Source: Nitrospirota bacterium (GTDB taxonomy: Bacteria > Nitrospirota > Thermodesulfovibrionia > Thermodesulfovibrionales > Magnetobacteriaceae). From it: a DNA stretch of 64,000 nt. Location of the stretch: NCBI GenBank assembly GCA_039908505.1, contig JAMOAZ010000007.1, positions 22,317 to 86,316 of the forward strand. The letters are read 5' to 3'. Below the pieces are notes generated by a model. That model had not been told where the DNA came from. It searched no databases and saw only the letters and a program-made list of their open reading frames with translations. A program made the translations under genes and the position numbers. The first letter of the stretch is position 1. The number at the start of each line of letters is the position of its first letter. Positions 1-8,230 of the stretch are shown here, piece by piece.

Positions 1-1507
1 AGCGAATGAAGTACCATGACGAATCCACAAATGTGTCCATTGTGTCGGTGTCGCGCCTGGCTGGGCCATTACATTTCGGGCACTTTACCGCAACAAAGCT
101 CTCAACCGCTGCAAGCGGGGAGCCACCCATGCCCTTTAGCTCTATATTTTCGGGCAGAATTACCGGCAGTTCGTCAAACGGTACGGGCAGAGCGCCGCAG
201 TTTTCACAGTAAATAACAGGGATTGGCGTCCCCCAGTAGCGCTGTCTTGATATACCCCAGTCACGCAGTTTATACTTGACAGAGGCAGTGCCGATTCCTT
301 TTTCCTCTATGTATTCGTTTATCCTTATGATGGCCTCTTTGTTTGGGAGGCCGGTGAAATCTCCTGATTCTACGAGTATGCCTTCGCCCTCATATGCCTC
401 AGCAAGCGGCTTGAGTTTACTGACGGCATCGGCGGGGGCTATTACCTGTTTGATTGTTAGATTATGTGCCGTTGCAAACTCGAAATCCCTGCTGTCGTGT
501 GCAGGGACGGACATTATAGCGCCCGTGCCGTATTCCATCAGCACGAAGGCGGCAACATATATAGGGATGCGCTCGGCGTTGATCGGGTTTATAGCGTATT
601 TACCCGTGAACAACCCCAGCGTGGTTTGTGCTGTGGCGGCGTCCTGCTTATCGTACTCTGTCCTTATGTGCCTCAATCCCTCCTGATTTTCTGTAAGAGA
701 TGCGGCAAGCGGGTGTGCCGGTGAGAGACATACAAATGTGGCACCGAACAGGGTATCAGGGCGTGTTGTGAATATCCTTATCTTTATATCAGAGTTCTCA
801 ACGGGGAAGTCCAGCTCTGCCCCAAGGCTCTTGCCTATCCAGTTTTTCTGCATCGCAACCACATGGTCAGGCCAGCCTGATAGTGTATCGCACCCGGCAA
901 GCAGTTCCTCGGCGTAGGCGGTTATCTTAAAAAACCACTGCTCAAGTTCCTTTTTAGATACGACGCTGTCACAGCGCCAGCACTTGTCCTCAATAACCTG
1001 TTCGTTTGCAAGGACGGTGCTGCATTGCCCGCACCAGTTTACCGATGAGTTTTTCTTATATGCAAGGCCCCGTTCAAGCATTTTAATAAAGAACCACTGG
1101 TTCCACTTATAATATTGCGGCGTACATGTGGCCAGCTCACGCGACCAGTCGTAGCTGCATCCAATCTTGCCAATTTGTTTTTTCATGTATTCAATATTAT
1201 CAAGCGTCCACTTTGAGGCGGGTGTACCGTGCAGTATGGCGGCATTTTCGGCAGGCAGCCCAAAGGCGTCCCATCCCATCGGGTGGAGTACGTTAAAACC
1301 CCTCATCCTCTTGTAGCGTGTGATTACGTCTCCGATGACATAGTTTCTGATATGCCCCATGTGAATCTTTCCAGAGGGATAGGGAAACATCTCAAGGCAG
1401 TAGAATTTCTTTTTAGAGACATCCCTGACGGTTGAGTCCACACCGGTCTCATGCCAGAGTTCCTGCCACTTCTTCTCTATTGCAATAGGATTATACTTCT
1501 CTTCCAA
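1..1507 (-). CDS. leuS: Leucyl-tRNA synthetase, N-terminal part (runs off window start)
   Basis: Manual minus-strand translation from TTG at 1507 (AGGAGG SD upstream): MEEKYNPIAIEKKWQELW...KFYCLEMFPYPSGKIHMGHIRNY...HPMGWDAFGLPAENAA, a class Ia HIGH motif typical of LeuRS. Absent from the ORF track because it has no stop in the window. Confidence 0.97.
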   Translation of the reverse strand, partial: MEEKYNPIAIEKKWQELWHETGVDSTVRDVSKKKFYCLEMFPYPSGKIHMGHIRNYVIGDVITRYKRMRGFNVLHPMGWDAFGLPAENAAILHGTPASKWTLDNIEYMKKQIGKIGCSYDWSRELATCTPQYYKWNQWFFIKMLERGLAYKKNSSVNWCGQCSTVLANEQVIEDKCWRCDSVVSKKELEQWFFKITAYAEELLAGCDTLSGWPDHVVAMQKNWIGKSLGAELDFPVENSDIKIRIFTTRPDTLFGATFVCLSPAHPLAASLTENQEGLRHIRTEYDKQDAATAQTTLGLFTGKYAINPINAERIPIYVAAFVLMEYGTGAIMSVPAHDSRDFEFATAHNLTIKQVIAPADAVSKLKPLAEAYEGEGILVESGDFTGLPNKEAIIRINEYIEEKGIGTASVKYKLRDWGISRQRYWGTPIPVIYCENCGALPVPFDELPVILPENIELKGMGGSPLAAVESFVAVKCPKCNGPARRDTDTMDTFVDSSWYFIR

Positions 1508-1635
1508 AATATGGCCTCCTCTAAAATATACCGTATATTAAACAACCGCTGCTGGCAAAGTAAACACCCGCCGTCTACGTGATTTAGTTTGATACGTCTC
1601 TTCCGGTATTTAGCACAGCCGCAGCGGTCAAGTAT

Positions 1636-1665
1636 TTGACAATTGTGAAAATAACCAATTATACT
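1636..1665 (+). promoter_or_regulatory. sigma70-like promoter for the patatin-MFS-DsrE operon
   Basis: TTGACA (1636-1641), 18 nt, TATACT (1660-1665); 32 nt upstream of the ATG at 1698, with AAGGA SD. Confidence 0.65.
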
Positions 1666-1697
1666 GGTTTATCAAGTAAATCATTAAGGATGGTTTT

Positions 1698-3530
1698 ATG
1701 AAAAACGAAGTGAAACGACTTATTGCCTTAGGCGGAGGCGGCCCTGCCGTAGGGTTGGCCCTTGGTGTATTGAAGCGTATGTCAGAGTGTCAGGATATTC
1801 GATTTGATGTGTGGACCACAGCTTGTGCAGGCGCATGGCTTGGGATGGCTTATAACGTCGCTCCCGAAGGCAAAGAATATGAAAACGCCCTGAGATTCTG
1901 CCAAAACAATATGAGACCTGACAATCTCAATGCCTCATTCCCGATACCGGCTCAGTTTGTGCCTGACTTTATGGGAATGATTGAGAATACTTTCGAATAT
2001 CTCAAGGATCCTAAATCCCTTGAACATTTAAACGTCCCTCAATACTGGCCAAAGGCCCTCCATCACATGATTGAACTGATGACTGACCAGTCCAAATGGA
2101 CCAAATGTGAGATAAACCCCATGATATTAAATGACATACTTGCGGTTAATCCCATCAGCCGACTCATGATTTCAGTACTCTTCAGAAGCGGGATAACTGG
2201 GCTTGCCCGCATGTATTATGACGACTGCAAGTATAAGGAAAATGCCCTGATTTATAGCATAGATGAGGCATTTAAGCCCGGCAGACCAGTCATATACCAC
2301 AACGCCTATAATCTGACAGACTGCTGCGTGGAGTTATTTGTCAACTCAACTGCCCATCCAAAATATAAACCCATGTCTATGAAAAGTCTGCGCGCTGGTT
2401 CGGCGCTGCCCTATATCATCGAACCTATTGAACTGGACGGCAAGATGTACTGTGAAGGTGCAATGGTCGATACTATTAACTTTAAGGATATAATCAGAAA
2501 CCACCCCGATTTGGATGAGATTTGGGTGGTACGCCTGCTCAATCTTAGTCAGATCAAGGCCCCAAAGTCTCTGCTGGACTCGCTGAATAACCTGATTATG
2601 CTCTTTGCTGCCAGCATGTCCGAAGACGCTATCTCTATGTTGAGATTCCGGCTGGAAAAACGCCGCATGAGAACCCGTGTTATCGAAGTACCGGTTATGG
2701 GAGATATACTTTACGAATGGTCAGAAAGCAACCTTGAGCAGAGCATAGAACACGGCTACCGCGAGGCAGACAGTATTGTCGGCAGATACAAGCCACGCTA
2801 CATCATGACCCCCCAGTTTAATACAATGAAGGTCATCACACGTCGTGCCTCCGCACATACAACTATCGGCGATGAGCATCTGATGAGCGAGACCGCCCTC
2901 TATGCCGCCGCTAAACAATCAGGACAGCCATTTAAGATTATCTTCCAGGAGCTGGCATCTATAGTAGCCATGATTGTCCCGCATATGGATATTGCCAGAA
3001 AATCCTGCGACCATAAGATGGCTGACGAGGTGCAGTCCTACGAAGACGAGATGGAATCAAGGGCAGTTATGCTCACAGACGCACTAGAGATTCTCTACTC
3101 TGAATTCACAGATTTTAGGGAGCGGGAGCTGGCCAAGATATGTATTAACTTAACTGAGCTTATCTATGCCTTGAGCAGAGATGCCGCAGAATTTATCCTC
3201 AACGTGATTGCTTACAGCGGGAATGACAACATTACCAGCCATAGCAGGAACTTTATTGAATCCATAGACATAACACTAATGACACTGGAAGATACACTAA
3301 AAGAACCCTCTGCCGAAAACTTTGCTGTCATTATGAAAATGGCATATGACCGCAGCGGCATGATGATAGACTACCGCAACGATTTTCTGGCCGCCAATGC
3401 CGGTGTCAGTTCAAAGGAGGTGGCTGAGATATTTGTCTTAACTGATCTTGCAGAGAAGTTCTTCGACAATGTCCTCAGAGTGGTCAGAAAGTATGAACGT
3501 TACATTAACTATGAAAAACATCTGAAATAG
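1698..3530 (+). CDS. Patatin-like protein with Cys at the nucleophile position, fused to a C-terminal PhoU-like helical domain
   Basis: Gly-rich LGGGGPAVG oxyanion loop; TACAGA at the GxSxG position (C43); YCEGA at the DGG position (E253). The C-terminal ~240 aa are helical and resemble the cytoplasmic PhoU-like domain of Na/Pi cotransporters (by eye). Confidence 0.75.
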   Translation: MKNEVKRLIALGGGGPAVGLALGVLKRMSECQDIRFDVWTTACAGAWLGMAYNVAPEGKEYENALRFCQNNMRPDNLNASFPIPAQFVPDFMGMIENTFEYLKDPKSLEHLNVPQYWPKALHHMIELMTDQSKWTKCEINPMILNDILAVNPISRLMISVLFRSGITGLARMYYDDCKYKENALIYSIDEAFKPGRPVIYHNAYNLTDCCVELFVNSTAHPKYKPMSMKSLRAGSALPYIIEPIELDGKMYCEGAMVDTINFKDIIRNHPDLDEIWVVRLLNLSQIKAPKSLLDSLNNLIMLFAASMSEDAISMLRFRLEKRRMRTRVIEVPVMGDILYEWSESNLEQSIEHGYREADSIVGRYKPRYIMTPQFNTMKVITRRASAHTTIGDEHLMSETALYAAAKQSGQPFKIIFQELASIVAMIVPHMDIARKSCDHKMADEVQSYEDEMESRAVMLTDALEILYSEFTDFRERELAKICINLTELIYALSRDAAEFILNVIAYSGNDNITSHSRNFIESIDITLMTLEDTLKEPSAENFAVIMKMAYDRSGMMIDYRNDFLAANAGVSSKEVAEIFVLTDLAEKFFDNVLRVVRKYERYINYEKHLK

Positions 3531-3550
3531 AGGGCGCAGAGGCTTGTCTA

Positions 3551-4963
3551 ATGACGGATAAGATAACAGATAAGAAGAAACAGTGGCTTGTCGTATTCAG
3601 TTTGTCTATTGGAATCCTGATGGCCTCGCTTGATTTTTCCATAGTAAACGTATCTCTGCCAACCATTACTGGGTATTTTGGGACAAACACAGATACGGCC
3701 TCATGGGTGGTGCTTTCATATTTTCTGGCAAATATGGGCTTGACCCTTGTTGTTGGAAGGGTTGGGGATATCTGGGGTTTTAAGAAAATATATGTCTGGG
3801 GCATGGCGCTTTTTACGCTGTCATCGTTTATGTGCGGCGCATCGCAGTCAATAGAGATGCTTATAATCTCGCGGGTTATGCAGGGGATTGGAGGTGCAAT
3901 GTTTTCCACCCTGGTCTTAGCCATGATAAGCGCCTATCTGCCCGCTGAGTTTCGCGGTAAGTATATTGGTATAGTAAGCATGTGCAAGTCTCTTGGTGTG
4001 ATGATGGGGCCGGGGATAGGCGCCCTGATTACCTCATATGTCAGTTGGAAGTGGGTGTTCTTTGTCAATATCCCATTTGGGATAGCGGCCTTTGCCAGTG
4101 CCGCAGTGCTGCTTAGGCAGGATACCGCTAAAAAAGATCATGCAAAATTCAGGATTGGAGAGGTCCTGCTGCTCATTGTTTCTCTGACTATATTTTTCTA
4201 TATAACGTCCTCGGGCGAGACACTTGGGTGGCTGTCACCGTTAGTGCTGACGCTGTTGGTGGCCTCAGGGTTTGGAATCGTGATGTTTGTCCGCACGGAG
4301 TTAAAGATTGACTCACCGCTGATAAACCTCTCGTTACTGAAGATTTCAGGCTTGTCGATGGGGTTGATTGCAAATACGCTCAGGTTTGTAATCATCTTTG
4401 GGATGAATTTTCTGCTACCGTTTTACTTTGAGATAGGGCTTAATATTTCATTAAAAGTCTCTGGCCTGCTTCTTATGATACCCTCTGGCCTGATGGTCGT
4501 GATGAGTCCTTTTACAGGGAGGTTGTCAGACAGGGTCGGCGCACAAATGCTGTGTGTCTTTGGCATGGCCTTAAGTGTTGTGTGTTTTATAATGCTGACA
4601 TTGGGCGGTTCTCAGGCCGCGCTTTGGTATGTTGTAATGTCAATGGTCGTATTGGGGCTGAGTTCAGGATTTTTTTCTTCTCCAAACGATGTACTCATAA
4701 TGAGCCATGCCCCAAAGGGGATGGAAGGCTTGGTGTCCAGTCTGAACATTATGGCCAACAGGGTTGGCGGGACAATAGGCATTATTGTTTTCCAGAATGT
4801 TGTGTCACTGTCTATGCCCCAGGGCATGGACATAAGGCCTGGTGTACCACAGGCAGTCCTTCACAGGGCATTTGAGAATTCCTTCATTGCCGCTGCCGTA
4901 CTCTCGGCAATTGTAATCGTGTTTTCATTCCTTGCAAAGGACGCAAAAAAGAATGCCGTATGA
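3551..4963 (+). CDS. MFS drug:H+ antiporter, DHA2 (EmrB/QacA) family
   Basis: 14-TM hydrophobic pattern; motifs LDFSIVNVSLPTI, GRVGDIWGFKK, GPGIGALI, WKWVFFVNIPFG. Confidence 0.93.
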   Translation: MTDKITDKKKQWLVVFSLSIGILMASLDFSIVNVSLPTITGYFGTNTDTASWVVLSYFLANMGLTLVVGRVGDIWGFKKIYVWGMALFTLSSFMCGASQSIEMLIISRVMQGIGGAMFSTLVLAMISAYLPAEFRGKYIGIVSMCKSLGVMMGPGIGALITSYVSWKWVFFVNIPFGIAAFASAAVLLRQDTAKKDHAKFRIGEVLLLIVSLTIFFYITSSGETLGWLSPLVLTLLVASGFGIVMFVRTELKIDSPLINLSLLKISGLSMGLIANTLRFVIIFGMNFLLPFYFEIGLNISLKVSGLLLMIPSGLMVVMSPFTGRLSDRVGAQMLCVFGMALSVVCFIMLTLGGSQAALWYVVMSMVVLGLSSGFFSSPNDVLIMSHAPKGMEGLVSSLNIMANRVGGTIGIIVFQNVVSLSMPQGMDIRPGVPQAVLHRAFENSFIAAAVLSAIVIVFSFLAKDAKKNAV

Positions 4964-4989
4964 ATTTAAGCTTTAAAAGGAGCTGAACT

Positions 4990-5403
4990 ATGTTTGATAT
5001 TAACGTAACACTGGAAAAATCTTACACGGTTTTCGATATGGACCGTCTTAGCTTTGATGCAGACTTGCCGCTGGGAATCAAATATATGCGTTTTCTGGCG
5101 AAGCACAATAAAGACCTTCAGGGCAGCAGTGATATAGTTGCCATATTTCACGGTGATGCCTGCCACATGGTACTTACAGATGATACATACAATGCCTATA
5201 GAAAGATATCATACGGAAATCCATATAAAACAATGCTCAAAGAGCTGATTGCCGAAGGCGTGGGGATTGAAATCTGTGGTGTTACCATGAGAAATCACTC
5301 ATGGACAAAAGAGCATCTCATTGCCGGTGTGAAAATAAACTCCAACGGGCTGTTACGGCTGATTCAGTTGGGACAAAAGGGATATGTCTTGATTCGCCCA
5401 TAA
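4990..5403 (+). CDS. DsrE-family (DsrE/F-like) protein
   Basis: VAIFHGDA, GVGIEICGVTM with the conserved Cys, and C-terminal GLLRLIQLGQKGYVLIRP typical of DsrE-like proteins. Confidence 0.8.
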   Translation: MFDINVTLEKSYTVFDMDRLSFDADLPLGIKYMRFLAKHNKDLQGSSDIVAIFHGDACHMVLTDDTYNAYRKISYGNPYKTMLKELIAEGVGIEICGVTMRNHSWTKEHLIAGVKINSNGLLRLIQLGQKGYVLIRP

Positions 5404-5448
5404 AATAATATGTCAATTTCTCAGCGCTAAATGTTATTATACCAACTA

Positions 5449-5676
5449 ATGAAGCGGTTAATCTTTATTGCAGCATTAGTCATGTTGTTGGGCTCCTGCG
5501 GGGGTGATAGCCCCAAGTCTATGTTCGATACGGCCCAGCTTGAAGAACTCCAAAACAATCCCAAGCACGCCATAGAGATATACGAAGAGATCGTAAACAA
5601 ATACCCAAACACCGAATTCGCCAAAAAATCCAAAGAACGCATTGAAAAACTCAACCAGCCTGCCCAATCAAAATAA
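5449..5676 (+). CDS. Small lipoprotein with TPR/BamD-like helical repeat
   Basis: Start moved to ATG 5449: MKRLIFIAALVMLLGSC is a lipobox signal; AIEIYEEIVNKYPNTEFAKKSKERI is TPR-like. Confidence 0.75.
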   Translation: MKRLIFIAALVMLLGSCGGDSPKSMFDTAQLEELQNNPKHAIEIYEEIVNKYPNTEFAKKSKERIEKLNQPAQSK

Positions 5677-5682
5677 CATGCT

Positions 5683-6273
5683 ATGTTAGCCGGTCTCACT
5701 GGTAATATCGGAAGCGGGAAGACCACTGTGCTTGGGCTGTTTGCTAAACTGGGGGCGTGCACCACCAGCGCTGACGAAATAGTTAAGCGTCTGCTTGGTG
5801 AGGATGAAATCAAACAACAGATACGGGCAGCGCTTGGAAGCGGCGTGTTCTGTGGCGATGACACCCTTGACAAACAGAAGACCGCAGCGCTTGTATTCAA
5901 TAACCCTGAGCTGCGAAAAACTCTTGAGGGGATTGTCCATCCTGCCGTAATGAGAGAAATAAAACAGTTCGCCAACCTGAACACCGGTGATATAACTGTT
6001 GCTGAGATCCCACTGCTCTTTGAAGGCGGTTTTGAGGCCGAGGTCGATGTTATTATCACTGTTACCGCCCCCAAAGGGCTTGTCTTCGATAGACTTGGTA
6101 AAAAAGGCGGCTTGCCTGAAGATGATGTCATAAAAAGGCTTGCCTGCCAAATCCCGGACGAACAAAAGACAGCAAATTCAGACTTTGTCGTCGTCAACTC
6201 CGGCGACATCGCCTTTGCTGAACAGCAGGTAAGGGAAATCTACCGGCTGTTACGACATCGGTGCAATGTTTAG
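5683..6273 (+). CDS. coaE: Dephospho-CoA kinase
   Basis: GLTGNIGSGKTT P-loop, ADEIVK, VFNNPELRKTLEGIVHP, EIPLLFE. Confidence 0.95.
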   Translation: MLAGLTGNIGSGKTTVLGLFAKLGACTTSADEIVKRLLGEDEIKQQIRAALGSGVFCGDDTLDKQKTAALVFNNPELRKTLEGIVHPAVMREIKQFANLNTGDITVAEIPLLFEGGFEAEVDVIITVTAPKGLVFDRLGKKGGLPEDDVIKRLACQIPDEQKTANSDFVVVNSGDIAFAEQQVREIYRLLRHRCNV

Positions 6274-8028
6274 GGCACACAGAAGCGGCATATAGATAGT
6301 GAAACACGCCCCGTCTTTTGTATTAGCGAACTCCAGCCTGCCGTTCATGTTTTTTTCAATAATATTCTTGGACATGTAGAGGCCAATCCCTGTGCCTTTG
6401 TCTCCTTTTGTGGTCACATATGGTTCAAACAACTTTTTTACGATTGTCTCCTTTACACCGCCGCCGTTGTCACATATCTGTACTACGGCATTTTCTACTT
6501 CCCCGGTTATCTTTATAGTTATACGCCCACGCTCCATTGCCCCTTTTAGCTGCCGCTTTCGCTCTATTATGGCGTCTCTTGAGTTGTTTACTAAGTTTAA
6601 TATGGCCTGCTTGAATTCGTTTGGATAGCCCCAGATGACCGGGTCTCCGTCGCACTGTATCGTGGCGTCTATGTTTCTGTTAATGAACTGCAGATATATC
6701 AGCGCCAGAATGTCCTCAACCGCCTTTTTTACCCTGAAAGCGGTCATTTCCTTTGCAGGTTTGAAGAAATTCCTGAAGTCTTCGACTGTCTCAGCCATAT
6801 AGTTGATGAGCTTCATCGATTCGACAATTACATTATTGACATATGGGCGGTCGATTTTGTTGTCATCAAGGTCATCTTCCATATTTTGAACCAGCAGGGC
6901 TAGTGTGTTCAGGGGCTGTTTCCACTGGTGGGCAATGGCACTTATCATCTCCCCCATTGCAGCCATTTTGGATTGCTGAATCAGAAGGCGTTCCTGGACT
7001 AATCTCCTCTCCGCCTCTTTCTGAAATTTATTGCCCAATGTCAGGTTTAACTCACGCAGATTTTCCTCCGCTTTAATGCGCCGCTTATAGTTTCGATATG
7101 CCTCGATTATGTTGCCGCAGGCGCAGCTAAATGGATGAAGAAATTCAACAAGCCCCTCATCATAGCCGCCCTCTCTGTTTGCTATTGCAGCAAGCCCCAC
7201 AAGGTCACTGCCGCAATATATCGGAATCCCCAGAAATGACCTCAACTGAGGATGCCCCTCTGGAAGAGTCCCACGGCGAGGGTCACTTGGCGGGTCAGAC
7301 GATATTACCGCCTCGCCAGTCTTTATTATGGAGCCGATTAAGTTGTCCATATTGTGAAATTCAAATCCATCTTCCAGGTGTTCATTAAACATCTTTCGCG
7401 TCTCTTCGTTCCACGCGATGTTAGAAACTGCAAAGGTACTCAGGTATTCATTGCCTTTTTCATCCAGCAATATCTCTCCTATTATTCCAAACTCGCTGCT
7501 TGTCAGAGACAACAGCACCGCAAGCAGCTCATTCATCAGCGCACGGGGTTTTGGTGAGAGTATGAACTTCGACTGGATGTAGCGTATAGCATCGAGAAGA
7601 TTGTTAGAGCGTACCAGGTTGTCAGCGGCGAGGGCGCGTTCACGTTCTGTTTGGTTTTTTTTGAGCGCGTACCTGATGGACTTATACAGTGTGTCCGGGT
7701 TAAGATTATCTCTGAGCAGATAGTCTGACACACCAAGTTTCATTATCTCAACCGCTGCCGCTTCAGTACCGTTTGCAGCGACCACTATGACAGGTATCTT
7801 TAAATGCCCGACCCCATTCTGAAGTTTTACTAAAAACTCATGCCCGGCCTCGCCAAAACAATTATAACTTAACACAATACAGCCACACGTGTACTTGTCA
7901 CAGTGGCGCAGCCCTTCCTCTAATGACCAAACACTCAGAAGTTGGACAGACTCTGACAACCGGCTGCAAAGTCCCTTTGTAACTGTATCAGGCACATTGC
8001 CAATGATGAGAATGTTTAACTGTTGCAT
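6250..8028 (-). CDS. Hybrid sensor histidine kinase (degenerate receiver + GAF + HisKA + HATPase)
   Basis: N-terminal REC-like fold; GAF (SFLGIPIYCGSDLVGLAAIAN); H-box IAHQWKQPLN; N box NLVNNSRDA; G boxes DNGGG, FEPYVTTKG, GTGIGL. Confidence 0.9.
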   Translation of the reverse strand: MQQLNILIIGNVPDTVTKGLCSRLSESVQLLSVWSLEEGLRHCDKYTCGCIVLSYNCFGEAGHEFLVKLQNGVGHLKIPVIVVAANGTEAAAVEIMKLGVSDYLLRDNLNPDTLYKSIRYALKKNQTERERALAADNLVRSNNLLDAIRYIQSKFILSPKPRALMNELLAVLLSLTSSEFGIIGEILLDEKGNEYLSTFAVSNIAWNEETRKMFNEHLEDGFEFHNMDNLIGSIIKTGEAVISSDPPSDPRRGTLPEGHPQLRSFLGIPIYCGSDLVGLAAIANREGGYDEGLVEFLHPFSCACGNIIEAYRNYKRRIKAEENLRELNLTLGNKFQKEAERRLVQERLLIQQSKMAAMGEMISAIAHQWKQPLNTLALLVQNMEDDLDDNKIDRPYVNNVIVESMKLINYMAETVEDFRNFFKPAKEMTAFRVKKAVEDILALIYLQFINRNIDATIQCDGDPVIWGYPNEFKQAILNLVNNSRDAIIERKRQLKGAMERGRITIKITGEVENAVVQICDNGGGVKETIVKKLFEPYVTTKGDKGTGIGLYMSKNIIEKNMNGRLEFANTKDGACFTIYMPLLCALNIAPMS

Positions 8029-8104
8029 GATTATATCCCAAGGTAAGAGCCTTTCCTATCCTGTTCACCCCCGGCGTTAGCTGATTAATAATATTGGACT
8101 GTAA

Positions 8105-8177
8105 AGGCGGCGGCCGGATTTGAACCGGCGCATAAAGGTTTTGCAGACCTCCCCCTTAGCCGCTTGGGTACGCCGCC
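8105..8177 (-). tRNA. tRNA-Cys (GCA)
   Basis: Reverse complement has acceptor stem GGCGGCG/CGCCGCC, anticodon loop CT-GCA-AA, T-arm GGTTCAAATCC and discriminator U; CCA not encoded. Confidence 0.96.
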
Positions 8178-8230
8178 ATTGCTGACATAAATATAACATA
8201 AACAGACATTTCTTTTCCATCAGAATATAT

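Noticed and set aside
6-1435. Plus-strand ORFs in the track (6-212, 16-216, 276-686, 464-724, 1229-1435)
   Set aside because: Antisense shadows of leuS
8040-8230. tRNA-Cys as the integration site of the FAS-heptose operon
   Set aside because: The operon abuts the tRNA 5' side; no duplicated tRNA 3' end or integrase was seen
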